64,000 nt of DNA from Candidatus Latescibacterota bacterium (GTDB lineage: Bacteria > Latescibacterota > CBDEFO01): positions 205,951 to 269,950 of the forward strand of contig CBDEFO010000004.1 in NCBI GenBank assembly GCA_965237525.1. Direction: 5' to 3'. Below are positions 8,948-18,563 of the stretch, one piece after another (positions within the stretch are counted from its first letter, which is position 1; the number at the start of each line of letters is the position of its first letter). A program made the translations under genes and the position numbers. The notes under the pieces are model-generated. The model made no database searches, was not told the DNA's origin, and saw only the letters and a program-made list of their open reading frames with translations.

Positions 8948-9556
8948 TCATATCAAATAGACGATAGTAAAGAGTATAATCCAGACAAGATCCACAAAGT
9001 GCCAGTACAGCCCAATTATCTCAACGCCGGTGTGATCTTCTTGTGAATAGCCGCCGCGGAACGCCTTTACCGTGACAAAGATCATGCAAAGGACTCCTAT
9101 AGTCACGTGGGCGCCGTGGAAGCCCGTCAAGGTGAAGAAACAGGCCCCGAAAAGGGTGCCGCTGACAACAAGCCCCCCGTGGATTAATTCACTGTATTCG
9201 TACGCCTGTACGCTCAAGAACAACGCCCCCAGGATCACGGTTCCCACAAGGTATTTCTTGAGCCCTCTTTGATCATCGTTCCCAATTGCCGCAAACGCCT
9301 TTACCATGGTCACACTGCTGCAGATCAGGATAAAGGTGTTAAGAGCAGTAAGCGGCACGTTAAGGATATCACCGGGGGTTGCCCAAAGGGGACTGTCGGG
9401 CCAGCTAAGGCTTCCGAACCGGAGCACAATATAAGATCCGATCAAACCCGTAAAAAACATGACCTCCGAGCCGAGAAATACCCACATCCCTAACTTCTTG
9501 GTCTCCAGACCGAGGCTCGTCTCAGAGGGAGGTGGCAACGGTATTGCTTCTGCCAT
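8948..9556 (-). CDS. ctaE: cytochrome c oxidase subunit III
   Basis: 202 aa, 5 TM. Typical subunit III motifs (FHGAHVTIG, WHFVDLVWI). Confidence 0.85.
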   Translation of the reverse strand: MAEAIPLPPPSETSLGLETKKLGMWVFLGSEVMFFTGLIGSYIVLRFGSLSWPDSPLWATPGDILNVPLTALNTFILICSSVTMVKAFAAIGNDDQRGLKKYLVGTVILGALFLSVQAYEYSELIHGGLVVSGTLFGACFFTLTGFHGAHVTIGVLCMIFVTVKAFRGGYSQEDHTGVEIIGLYWHFVDLVWIILFTIVYLI

Positions 9557-9580
9557 TTTATGGTTCTCCTTGTTTGATAT

Positions 9581-10576
9581 TCACGATAAAGGAACCTTGT
9601 CAAATATCATAACTGTCAACAATAGGGGAAGATAGATCAGTGAAGCTAACATAAGCATTCGGGCATACGCCTCGGTTCTGAAGAGGGCAAAACACAGGCT
9701 GCATCCTAAAAGTAAGAGACTCAGACAGAGTGCCACAAAGAAGTAGAGCACACCTACCATACCCAGAAAGGCAGGGATTAGGCTGAAAGACATCAGGACA
9801 AGACTATAAAGGGCGGCCTGTCGCCCCGTGCTTTTTCCATCAGGATCAAAAAAAGGCAGCATCTTGCAGCCAGCTTTTGCATAATCGTCCCTGTAGATCC
9901 AGGCGATTGAGAGGAAATGAGGAAATTGCCAAAAGAAGAGGATCAAAAAGAGCATCCAAGCCTCAGAATTGATCTGGCCCCTTGCTGCTGCCCAACCCCC
10001 TATGGAGGGAATCGACCCTGGAATTGCCCCTATCAGTGTATTCAAGGACGTCTTTCTTTTCAGAGGAGTGTACAAGAACAGATAGCTCGAGATGGTGACT
10101 ACAGAAAGCAAGCTGGTGGTAAGATTGACCAGAATGGCAAGGTATATAACCCCTGTGACAGATAGGCCAACGCCGAAGCGCAGGGCGTCCTCCGGGTCCA
10201 ATCGCCCAGATGGAAGAGGACGATCTTTCGTTCGCTGCATCTGTGAATCGAACTCGCGCTCAAGGAACTGGTTCAATGCAGCGGCTCCTCCTGCTACCAA
10301 TGCCGCCCCAGCAAGCGCGTGGAGCAGAAGAAAGATGTCAAGGGCACCTGTGGACCCGAGATAGAATCCAGACAGAGTGGTCAAAAGAACAAACGACGTA
10401 ATCCGGGGTTTTACAAGCTGAAGGTAATCCGATATTTTCTTGAGGACATCGTCGGATAGTCTAAATTCCCCTCTTGCAGCTAAAGAAACATTGGAGTTTC
10501 TTAGGCTTGGGACGCTATCTTTGCCCAAAGGACCGTCTGATGATAGATCGAGAGTATATGTATCCTCTTTCTGCAT
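9581..10576 (-). CDS. ctaB: protoheme IX farnesyltransferase (heme O synthase)
   Basis: UbiA-family polyprenyltransferase with an N-terminal extension. CyoE/CtaB motifs (DRPLPSGRL, WQFPHF). Confidence 0.8.
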   Translation of the reverse strand: MQKEDTYTLDLSSDGPLGKDSVPSLRNSNVSLAARGEFRLSDDVLKKISDYLQLVKPRITSFVLLTTLSGFYLGSTGALDIFLLLHALAGAALVAGGAAALNQFLEREFDSQMQRTKDRPLPSGRLDPEDALRFGVGLSVTGVIYLAILVNLTTSLLSVVTISSYLFLYTPLKRKTSLNTLIGAIPGSIPSIGGWAAARGQINSEAWMLFLILFFWQFPHFLSIAWIYRDDYAKAGCKMLPFFDPDGKSTGRQAALYSLVLMSFSLIPAFLGMVGVLYFFVALCLSLLLLGCSLCFALFRTEAYARMLMLASLIYLPLLLTVMIFDKVPLS

Positions 10577-10578
10577 CT

Positions 10579-11580
10579 TTACCGCGTCTCCAAGGTTCTC
10601 TCAGGAATGCCCAGCATCTGGTAGGATCTTAGCGTAAGGGTCAGGCTTGAGGCCAAAACGAGGGCGCCGACTCCTACGTGGGCAGTCGTCAGATAGACCT
10701 CTTTGGCCGTCCAGATGACGAACGCCCCAAGGAGGATCTGAATGACCAAAAGCCCCGCCATAAGGAGTGATGGAACTAAAAGTCTGACTTGATCTTTATA
10801 GTCCCTGATGATCTTTGTTACTGTCCACAGGCCTCCTATCGTCACGACCCCCGCTCCTACCCTATGGGCAAAGTGGATGAGGATTCCTGTCCGGTATTCG
10901 TCTAAAAGGGAGAAGATCGGAGGAACCAGGCGGCCGAAAGAAAGGGGAAAGTCAGGAATAGCAAGTCCTGATCCTGTGTGTCGCACAAGGGCACCCAACA
11001 AAAGCTGAAGATAGATAAATGCGGTAGTTGTAAGAGAAAGGGATCGTAAGGAGGGAATGCCTCTATCTTCAAGTTTATTCGGACAATTAGGACCGCTCGC
11101 ACCACGCTTCCATTCGGATGAAGTGAAAAGAGCCAGGCTGACGGTGATACCAAAGAAGGCCTGAGCCAAGCAGGCGTGAGTCACCGAGATGAAAGTCGGG
11201 AGTCGGTAGATAACAGTTAACCCTCCCAGGACTCCCTGAACAACGATAGTTGCCAGCGCTCCCATTCCCAGCGAGCGAACCCACCGGCGGGGTTCCTTGA
11301 ACCATAGCCAAAAAGAAAGGATCACCGTCAAAAAACCTACAGACATAGCGATCATGCGATGTCCATGTTCATAAAATATCCCTCCGACCATGGGAGGGAA
11401 GAGCGTACCATACGAAAGCGGCCAATCAGGCACTGAGAGGCCGGAGCCGGTGCTGGTGACCAGACCGCCTGCGATGATCAGAACGAACGTCCCCGCCGCT
11501 GTTAGCACGGCGAACCGATGGAGCCACAGATTATCCCTTGACCTGCTCACTTCAAGTGTGTTTCTACTTTCCACCATCGC
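10579..11580 (-). CDS. ctaA: heme A synthase (COX15/CtaA)
   Basis: 8 TM, paired His motifs (HRMIAMSVG, HFAHRVGAG). The ORF track starts at 11814, but that reading overlaps ctaD. The likely start is MVESRN at about 11580. Confidence 0.7.
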   Translation of the reverse strand, partial: AMVESRNTLEVSRSRDNLWLHRFAVLTAAGTFVLIIAGGLVTSTGSGLSVPDWPLSYGTLFPPMVGGIFYEHGHRMIAMSVGFLTVILSFWLWFKEPRRWVRSLGMGALATIVVQGVLGGLTVIYRLPTFISVTHACLAQAFFGITVSLALFTSSEWKRGASGPNCPNKLEDRGIPSLRSLSLTTTAFIYLQLLLGALVRHTGSGLAIPDFPLSFGRLVPPIFSLLDEYRTGILIHFAHRVGAGVVTIGGLWTVTKIIRDYKDQVRLLVPSLLMAGLLVIQILLGAFVIWTAKEVYLTTAHVGVGALVLASSLTLTLRSYQMLGIPERTLETR

Positions 11581-13375
11581 CCCCTGCGGGGACCTCTTCA
11601 AGATTGCGGGATTGAAGCAGCCAATCTTCCTGGACCTGGGGTGAACTGTACTCGTGTGGACCCCGATAGACCGTAGGGATCGTATCAAAGTTCCCGTGCC
11701 CCGGAGGAGAGGGACAGATCCATTCGAGCGTGTTCGCCCGCCAAGGGTTCTTGTCCGACACCTTCCCTCTGTAAAGAGAGTAGAAGAAGTTGATAAAGAA
11801 GGGGATTTGAGCAAATCCGAGCACGATGCTGCTGATCGTCATAAAGACATTTAACGGTTGAAGGGGCTGGAGGAATTCGTAAAAAGTGGGGTCGTATATT
11901 CTTCGCATCATTCCGCCGGCTCCCGCCATGTGCATTGGGAAGAAGACGCCATTCATACTGATGAAGGTCAACCAGAAGTGTACTTTACCCCAGCGTTCGT
12001 TCATCAAGCGTCCGAATATCTTGGGAAACCAGAAGTAGATTCCGGCGAAGATCGCCATCACGCTTCCCGTGAAGACGACATAGTGGATATGGGCGACGAT
12101 GAAGTAGGTATCGTGAATGAAGATGTCAACCGGCGTGGATGCCATAAAGATACCGCTTAAGCCGCCGATGATGAAGTGGGCTACAAACGCTATGGCAAAG
12201 CACATCGGTGTAGTAAACCAAATGGATGCGCCCCAAAGCGTTCCGAGCCAATTGAACGTCTTGACGGACGACGGAACGGCGATTACCATGGTGGAGATCA
12301 TAAAGGTCGTGCCCAAGACAGGGTTCATCCCGCTCTGGAACATGTGATGTCCCCAGACGATGAAGCCCAAACCCGCGATCGAAATCAAAGAGAAGACCAT
12401 CGCCTTATACCCGAAGATGGGCTTGCGGGCAAAGGTCGAGATTATGTCCGAGACTATGCCCATAGCCGGCAGAATCATAATATAGACCGCAGGGTGGGAG
12501 TAGAACCAGAATACATGCTGAAATAGGAGCGGTTGTCCTCCTGCGCCCTTCTCCAGCAGCGTTCCCCCAATCATAAGACCTTTCGGCAGGAAGAAGCTGG
12601 TTCCGAGGACCCGATCAAAAAACAACATTATCACGCCAGCGGTCAAGACGGGCGTTGCTAAGACCTGGAGAATTGCCGTTATAAAGAGAGACCAGATCGA
12701 AAGAGGAAGGCGCAGCATCGACATCCCAGGCGCCCTCAAATTTAGGATGGTCGTGACATAGTTCATCCCTCCTACTACGGACGACATCCCCACCAGACCG
12801 ATGCCTATGAGCCACAAGTTCGTTCCGTTGCCTGGCAGTGTAGCAGCAAGGGGAGGATATGTTGTCCAGCCGGCGCCGGCTGGCCCTCCTTCTGCCCAGA
12901 AGCTGGAAAATACGATGATCGCCGCAGGCCAGAACAACCAGTAGGAGATGGCGTTGAGTGTGGGAAACGCCATATCACGGTAGCCGATCTGCAGGGGAAT
13001 CAGGAAGTTTGCAAAAAAACCAGCCAGAAGAGGGATAATCACAAAAAAGATCATAATGGTGGCGTGCATTGTGAAGAGGTTGTTATAACCCTCCGGCAGG
13101 AGAATGTACTGCGTCTGGCCGGTCTCTTCGTTTACGCTTGTCTGGACGATGCTGTCCGGAAGCAGATATCCGAAGGGCATACTTTCTCCTGGATAGGCAA
13201 GCTGCCAGCGAACACCCAAAGCTAATAGACCGCCCACAACGAAGAAAAATAGGCTGGTAAAGAGGAACTGCTTGGCTATAACCTTGTGATCGGTGGACCA
13301 GATATATTTTCTAATGAAGCTCAGTTTGTGATGAACATCGTGGCCGGCCATCTCAGCGCCCTTATTATCGTTCAT
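11564..13375 (-). CDS. ctaD: cytochrome c oxidase subunit I
   Basis: 603 aa, 12+ TM. Heme/Cu ligands in canonical context (WFFGHPEVY-like HPAVYIMILP, HHMF). C-terminal soluble extension. Confidence 0.9.
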   Translation of the reverse strand: MNDNKGAEMAGHDVHHKLSFIRKYIWSTDHKVIAKQFLFTSLFFFVVGGLLALGVRWQLAYPGESMPFGYLLPDSIVQTSVNEETGQTQYILLPEGYNNLFTMHATIMIFFVIIPLLAGFFANFLIPLQIGYRDMAFPTLNAISYWLFWPAAIIVFSSFWAEGGPAGAGWTTYPPLAATLPGNGTNLWLIGIGLVGMSSVVGGMNYVTTILNLRAPGMSMLRLPLSIWSLFITAILQVLATPVLTAGVIMLFFDRVLGTSFFLPKGLMIGGTLLEKGAGGQPLLFQHVFWFYSHPAVYIMILPAMGIVSDIISTFARKPIFGYKAMVFSLISIAGLGFIVWGHHMFQSGMNPVLGTTFMISTMVIAVPSSVKTFNWLGTLWGASIWFTTPMCFAIAFVAHFIIGGLSGIFMASTPVDIFIHDTYFIVAHIHYVVFTGSVMAIFAGIYFWFPKIFGRLMNERWGKVHFWLTFISMNGVFFPMHMAGAGGMMRRIYDPTFYEFLQPLQPLNVFMTISSIVLGFAQIPFFINFFYSLYRGKVSDKNPWRANTLEWICPSPPGHGNFDTIPTVYRGPHEYSSPQVQEDWLLQSRNLEEVPAGGDGGK

Positions 13376-13398
13376 ACATCATCCCCGTACATAGACTT

Positions 13399-13462
13399 GG
13401 GCGAACACGTGGGTTCGCCCCTACATCCATCTTTTGTAGGGGCAGACCCGTGTGTCTGCCCT
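13399..13462. repeat. REP-like palindromic element pair (GGGCGAAC..GTTCGCCCCTACA / TGTAGGGGCAGAC..GTCTGCCC)
   Basis: Two adjacent hairpins sharing the TGTAGGGG/CCCCTACA terminus. The same family recurs at 57151..57202 and 63861..63990. Confidence 0.5.
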
Positions 13463-13478
13463 GAAAATGAGATTCTTC

Positions 13479-14324
13479 TTAATAATAATATTCCTCTTCA
13501 TCCAGTTTTTCCTCAAGTAATTCGTCGAGCCATGTCTGAAATTCTTCGGGTGTCTGGACAGTTATGAAACCTCTCATTCTGTAGTGCCCAAGACCACAAA
13601 GCTCGGCGCAGGCGATCTCCCAAGTTCCAGTTTGGGTCGCCACCACCCAGACGTTGGGAGAAATCATCCCCGGGAGAACATCGTGCTTGATGCGGAAGTG
13701 AGGCAGAAAGAAGCTGTGGATGACATCTTTGGACTGCAAAAGGAAGCGAACGTTTCGGTTGGCAGGAATATGGAGAATGTTAATCGTTGTCAGATCGTCC
13801 GCAGAGACAGGGTCGCTCCCGTCAATTCCGAGCGGGTTGTCGGAGGTTATCAGTTTTGGATCGCGTCTGGCGAACTTCCCATCCGGCCCAGAGTATCTAA
13901 AGTTCCAAGCGAATTGCTCCGCAACAACTTCTATGTCGAACGTATCTTCGGGAATATCATAGCGAAGATCTGACCAGATCGTGTTACTGTAGATCGCCAA
14001 ACCGATAAAAAAGATTGTCGGGACTATAGTCCAGACGAATTCAAGACGGGTATTACCGCGAGAATAGACGGCTCTGCGGCCCTCCCGACGGCGATAACGG
14101 ATCATAAAGTAAATCAGGAGACCCTCAGTGATTAGGAACACAAAGCCTGTAACCCCGAGGATAAAAAAGTACAAAGAGTCGATCTTGGAACCGTGGAGCG
14201 AGACATCTTCCGGAAAACTCCAGCTAAATAACCGAGAATCAATGGCAAACGCAGGGGCAGATCCTGAGGAGAGGATCGCAAGGACTGTCAAGATTAGCAA
14301 CTTAATCAAAGTACGCAGATTCAT
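13479..14324 (-). CDS. ctaC: cytochrome c oxidase subunit II (CuA, no fused heme c domain)
   Basis: Signal peptide plus 2 TM. CuA site H..CAELCGLGHYRM. Acidic C-terminus. Confidence 0.9.
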   Translation of the reverse strand: MNLRTLIKLLILTVLAILSSGSAPAFAIDSRLFSWSFPEDVSLHGSKIDSLYFFILGVTGFVFLITEGLLIYFMIRYRRREGRRAVYSRGNTRLEFVWTIVPTIFFIGLAIYSNTIWSDLRYDIPEDTFDIEVVAEQFAWNFRYSGPDGKFARRDPKLITSDNPLGIDGSDPVSADDLTTINILHIPANRNVRFLLQSKDVIHSFFLPHFRIKHDVLPGMISPNVWVVATQTGTWEIACAELCGLGHYRMRGFITVQTPEEFQTWLDELLEEKLDEEEYYY

Positions 14325-14420
14325 CTTCGGCCTTCTCCGTACGCAAGACTGTTGTGAAGAGTCCCGAAAAGTATCGAAAAACTTTCTTGGGGGAAGAGAG
14401 ACAGATTTCGGGTGTGACTC

Positions 14421-15146
14421 TTACTTAGATCTGCTCGGAGGTATAAAGGTGAAGTCGATAGTCTTGGTCTCCCCTGCTCCCACTTTCACAGTCTGGGTCC
14501 GGGTTCCGAAGACCTCGTGCCAGGCTTCGATAACGTATTCCCCAGGCGGAAGGGAGTTCAACTGGAAGGTTCCTTTTTCTCCGGTAACACAGTAGAAGGG
14601 GTGTTCAAGGACGCCGATATAGGCGGTCATCCAGGGATGAACATCGCACTTTACGGGCATCATGACCTCTTCGAACTCAAACTCCTTTACCATTTCCTTC
14701 AACTGTTTTGGCATCGATATGTTAAATTCGTCGTTCTCCTCGGGCATGCAATGGATATTATGGAGGATGCCGTCGCTGTTGAGTATCTTTAAAAGCTGTC
14801 CCACCTGAATCCCAACTATATGAGGAACGTACATACAGCCATTTTGATCCAGAACGACCGGCTCTTCAGGAGGCTCAAATCCCCCACCTTCGAGTCCCTC
14901 CCTGACATAGACGAAGACATTTCGGAGGGTACTGTCCTCATTGACAATGACCCTCTCACTTAGAGACGGTTCGGTGTGTTTGGCAGCGCAGACAGCATCT
15001 GCGTCCATCTTTATTTTCCTTCTCCTTAGAATCTTTCCGTCAAATGCCACTTTACCGGTGATGTTGCCACCGCCTGCAAGGACTTCGTCGAGGGTAAGAG
15101 ACAGAAGAACGATTGCAGAAAGAGATAGTAGCTTTCGAAGTTTCAT
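14421..15146 (-). CDS. secreted cupredoxin-like (type-1 copper) protein with carboxypeptidase-regulatory-like beta-sandwich domains, paralog 1
   Basis: Start taken at MKLRKLLSL (SD GGGAGG upstream). Signal peptide. C-x2-H-x2-M loop CDVHPWM, identical in spacing to the amicyanin CTPHPFM loop, with a candidate upstream His ligand HNIHC. Flanking GxFxLxxLPPGxY motifs. Confidence 0.55.
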   Translation of the reverse strand: MKLRKLLSLSAIVLLSLTLDEVLAGGGNITGKVAFDGKILRRRKIKMDADAVCAAKHTEPSLSERVIVNEDSTLRNVFVYVREGLEGGGFEPPEEPVVLDQNGCMYVPHIVGIQVGQLLKILNSDGILHNIHCMPEENDEFNISMPKQLKEMVKEFEFEEVMMPVKCDVHPWMTAYIGVLEHPFYCVTGEKGTFQLNSLPPGEYVIEAWHEVFGTRTQTVKVGAGETKTIDFTFIPPSRSK

Positions 15147-15186
15147 TGAGAACCTCCCAGGAGGATGCGGGTTACAAAAGGTAACT

Positions 15187-15510
15187 CTACGGTGAATTGG
15201 GATGCTCTTTTTTCTTCTGCTGGCGATAGGCGTTGAACACGAGAAGTCCGACAGCTCCGACCAACACAAAAGGAGAGAACATCATCACAAGGATGCTCCA
15301 GTAGAACCCTTGGGCAAGCTCAGCCGCGCTCTCGGAGTCTCCTTCGGTGGGAATAGCAGTCTTGCACATCTCACAAGCATCCGCAGCAGCAGAGGCGGTT
15401 AGCATGAGGAGCACGATAGCACAGAGCATTCTCAGGACGGACAATCCTTGGGAGAGGAAACTGGTCTTAGTGGAGATCTTTATGGGCCTAAAGTAAAATG
15501 GATTTGTCAT
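15187..15510 (-). CDS. small membrane protein with CEMC motif
   Basis: 107 aa, 2 TM, periplasmic CxxC. Embedded in the oxidase/cupredoxin operon. Confidence 0.4.
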   Translation of the reverse strand: MTNPFYFRPIKISTKTSFLSQGLSVLRMLCAIVLLMLTASAAADACEMCKTAIPTEGDSESAAELAQGFYWSILVMMFSPFVLVGAVGLLVFNAYRQQKKKEHPNSP

Positions 15511-15516
15511 AATCGT

Positions 15517-15553
15517 AGTAGTATCTCATAATCGTAGTAGTATAATGAGAATT
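15517..15553. repeat. tandem direct repeat (2 x 19 bp, unit CATAATCGTAGTAGTATCT)
   Basis: Immediately upstream of the start of 15187..15510. Confidence 0.6.
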
Positions 15554-15644
15554 ATTCCTAATAATAGCATGAAAAAGATAATCAAAAATGGGGCATAAAG
15601 CAAGACTTTTTTCGAGGCAATGGCGAAAGCTTCACAGCATTTTT

Positions 15645-16763
15645 CTATTCCTTCAGACTCACAAGATACGCCAGAAGATGGTTGAAATCGACCGTATACA
15701 GGAGATTGCCATAGTTGTCCGGCATCTTTGAGCGGACTCTCATCCTCCTTCCCGAAAGTTTACCTATGCCGTCTTTGGAGATTCTCCTGGGTTCCTCTCT
15801 GTCTTCTATCGTAAGAGTATCATCGTCCTCAGCGATCAAAGAGCCCTCCACGGTCGTCCCGTCCTTCATCTCTGCACTCACCCAGAAATAGCCGCCTTTG
15901 AGCATATCCTTCTTTCTTCGGGTCCTACTCACCTTAATGTCAGACTTGAACACCTTCTTTATCTCCTCACCTATCTTCAGGGTCACGCTCTCTTTGTCTT
16001 CATCTAATAAGATCCCTTCGAGCCTGCCTTCCTTATCCGATCTCAAGTACACCGCTCCGAAGCCTTTAACTATCTGGGCGTTGGGATGCAAAATCGACTC
16101 TTCGATGTAATCTATCGTGTTTATGGCCCCGATGTTCGTAAGGTCGGGACCAACTCCGCTCTTGTCAACCCCTTGCCCGCCCTGTCCGCCCTCGCCTTTG
16201 ACCCCATGACACGCCAGACACCCCATCGTCTCCTTAAAGATCTTTTCACCCCTTTTGGGGTCGCCCGTGATATTCCTTTCAAGAGCAGCGAGTACAAGAG
16301 CGGCCCTTTTTGTGTCCACAGGAGGTTCGAACGGAGTTATGTCGACTTCGCCCCCCTGACTTTGAAGGAAGGCTATCACTTTTGCAGTCTCTAAATTTGA
16401 GAGCGCAATAGGTGGCTTCCACACAGGAGGCATAATGTTCGGATAGCCCTTCACAACGTAAGCTTCGGGCCTGTAGAGAGATTCTATGAAGTACTCCTTA
16501 ACCGTCATGCCGGGCTTTCTCGTCACCGCATTAGCACCTACGTTCTCAAGGTCGGGACACCTTGCATCTGCTTTTGGACCGATGGAGTGGCAATTTGCAC
16601 ACTTGCCCTTGAAAATATCCTCTCCCGCCTTCACAAAGGCTTCCACGCTCCTTCCCACACCCCTGCCCAACTCCTCAGAGACCCGAGGGATTCCCTTGTC
16701 TGCGGAAGCGCAGGCAAAGAGTATAAAGATTGTGGAAGATAGCAATTTAAGAGGTTCTTTCAT
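15645..16763 (-). CDS. di-heme class I cytochrome c (periplasmic)
   Basis: Signal peptide. Two CxxCH motifs (CANCH, CLACH), each followed by the GPDL...MP pattern. Extra C-terminal beta domain. Confidence 0.8.
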   Translation of the reverse strand: MKEPLKLLSSTIFILFACASADKGIPRVSEELGRGVGRSVEAFVKAGEDIFKGKCANCHSIGPKADARCPDLENVGANAVTRKPGMTVKEYFIESLYRPEAYVVKGYPNIMPPVWKPPIALSNLETAKVIAFLQSQGGEVDITPFEPPVDTKRAALVLAALERNITGDPKRGEKIFKETMGCLACHGVKGEGGQGGQGVDKSGVGPDLTNIGAINTIDYIEESILHPNAQIVKGFGAVYLRSDKEGRLEGILLDEDKESVTLKIGEEIKKVFKSDIKVSRTRRKKDMLKGGYFWVSAEMKDGTTVEGSLIAEDDDTLTIEDREEPRRISKDGIGKLSGRRMRVRSKMPDNYGNLLYTVDFNHLLAYLVSLKE

Positions 16764-16913
16764 CTGTGCATATCCTCGGCTTACTTTTTGAGTTGACAGG
16801 GATACAAATAGTGTGGAGGCTGAAGATGTACGAGCAAAGTTACTTCCCCCTGAGAAAACTATGAAGCTTGTGCCTTTCAGTGACGGGAATACAAAGTCGC
16901 GTTCCTCGTTTTT

Positions 16914-17609
16914 CTACTTCTTCTTGGGAGAAAAGCTGAAGTCCATTTTTACCTCGCCCGTCGCAGGGACGGTCGCATCCTTGGATATTGTACGCAGCTC
17001 TTCGTGCCAGGCTGTGAGCTTATAGCTCCCTTCTGGAACGTCGGCAATCTTGAACGCCCCTTTGTCGTTTGATATGGCAAAATAGGGGTTTTCAAGGACT
17101 ACAATGTAGGCGTTCATCCACTTGTGGATGTCACATGCAAACTTAATCACCTCAGGATCGTAAACCTCGTAGGGCAAAGACATGTCCTTTTCGGGCATCG
17201 CCCAGTTTATGGCCTCGTTCTCTTCGGCGTTCGCGCGGACATTGTGGTTAACAGGGTCACTCGTATGTATATTGACTATCGTCCCTGCCAGTACAGGAAG
17301 CACGTGAGGATGATACTGACAGCTTCTCTGATCGAGCGTGGGCCCTTCTTCGTCCTCGGGCGGCTCGAACTCGCCTTCGACGCCTTCCACGTAGATCACT
17401 ATGTTCTTTATACCCTTGCACTTCTTGTCTACTACCAGATTCTCCGATGCCTGCGTGCCGAAATGATCCATGCAGAACTGATCCTTGTCAGCCTTTACCG
17501 TCTGGGCTTTCGGAAGGTCGCCGCTGAACGTGACGCTTCCCACAATCGTACCAGCCCAGGCAGAGTTGAAAGTCAACAGAACAGAAGCAATGATTATTAA
17601 TGTTTTCAT
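16914..17609 (-). CDS. secreted cupredoxin-like (type-1 copper) protein, paralog 2
   Basis: Start at MKTLIII (SD GGAGATG). Same architecture as paralog 1. Cu loop CDIHKWM. Confidence 0.55.
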   Translation of the reverse strand: MKTLIIIASVLLTFNSAWAGTIVGSVTFSGDLPKAQTVKADKDQFCMDHFGTQASENLVVDKKCKGIKNIVIYVEGVEGEFEPPEDEEGPTLDQRSCQYHPHVLPVLAGTIVNIHTSDPVNHNVRANAEENEAINWAMPEKDMSLPYEVYDPEVIKFACDIHKWMNAYIVVLENPYFAISNDKGAFKIADVPEGSYKLTAWHEELRTISKDATVPATGEVKMDFSFSPKKK

Positions 17610-17755
17610 TTTACATCTCCGTTGATGAATGATTTTTGTGATGTCGTTCAATATTTTCCCGCTGCTGGTCGATCTGAGCGACAGAAAGGAGCGACAGCGT
17701 AGCGCGGTCGGGTGAGGGACGCTAGCGGAGAAGTCGCCACCACAAAATCTCTATT

Positions 17756-18439
17756 TTAAAGGGCAGTTTGTAGCTCCTTTGTTATTATTGGATTTTCAAA
17801 ATCACTGTTCTTAATAACAATGTCAGCCTGTTCTTTTGGATTTGCTTTTTTAAAGTACAGTTTTTGTCCAGGTATGTAACGTTGGTTATATCTGTCAGTT
17901 ATTTCCTGCTCGGCTCCGATATATTCTCTCTCGGTACCTCTTCCTATGGCACGTTTGACAGCTATTTTGAAATCTACGTCAATGAATATCTTCAAATCCC
18001 AGTATTTGACTAGTTCAGGGCGAAATAAAAAGATTCCCTCCGTAATAAGTATTGAATCACTTGTCGCTATTTGAACTGGCAAGACGACTTCCGAATCTGT
18101 TGCGTAATCGAAGACAGCAGTTTCGTATTGAAAATTGCCAGAGCTCAAAGGATCCAATAGTACTTCTGCCATTGCTTCATGATTGAACGAATCGAAATAG
18201 TACCCCTCTGGTGAATCTTCTCCTTTGCTATAGCGGATGCCTTTAGGATTATGAAAACCAACAACAGAAGCCCTTATGATGTTACGGCCTGAACCTTTGA
18301 GTTCGTCTGCAAGCTCGTTTGCCAAAGTTGTTTTGCCAGAGGCATCTGCACCATCAATTCCTACAAGTATTGGGCGATCTTTTTGTACTGCGGCTACGGT
18401 GTCTGCTAGATGTCTTATTAATTCTTTTCGCTTTATAAT
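17756..18439 (-). CDS. P-loop nucleoside/uridine kinase-like protein (start codon unresolved)
   Basis: Walker A ILVGIDGADASGKTTLA lies upstream of the annotated TTG start. The frame stays open to a TAA at 18575..18577 but contains no ATG/GTG/TTG before the P-loop. Possible ATT/ATA start near 18439, or an indel error. Confidence 0.45.
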   Translation of the reverse strand: MIKRKELIRHLADTVAAVQKDRPILVGIDGADASGKTTLANELADELKGSGRNIIRASVVGFHNPKGIRYSKGEDSPEGYYFDSFNHEAMAEVLLDPLSSGNFQYETAVFDYATDSEVVLPVQIATSDSILITEGIFLFRPELVKYWDLKIFIDVDFKIAVKRAIGRGTEREYIGAEQEITDRYNQRYIPGQKLYFKKANPKEQADIVIKNSDFENPIITKELQTAL

Positions 18440-18489
18440 GAGAAGCTGTAAAGTACCCGAATATCGAAACGTTTTGTGGTGGAAATTTC

Positions 18490-18563
18490 GGCTAACGGCT
18501 TCTGGTTTGCGAACCGGCGAATGCCGGTTGCCCGAAGGGCCAACGCGCGGACGCGCCGTAGCG
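18490..18563 (-). ncRNA. structured RNA element E2 (homolog of E1)
   Basis: Minus strand. Closing stem GCUACGGC/GCCGU(U)AGC enclosing hairpins GCGCG-UC-CGCGC, UUG(G)CCC-UUC-GGGCAA and CCGGC-AUUC-GCCGG. Same four-stem architecture as E1, with different but compensating sequences. Confidence 0.4.

Noticed and set aside
11654-12526. Plus-strand ORFs (66-116 aa) inside ctaD, and numerous other ORFs on the strand opposite long validated genes (for example 31653..32495, 43791..44609, 3992..4469, 57596..58714)
   Set aside because: They are fully embedded antisense to genes with strong domain evidence. Their composition is Arg/Pro/Ser-rich, typical of GC-skewed antisense frames. No RBS is present.
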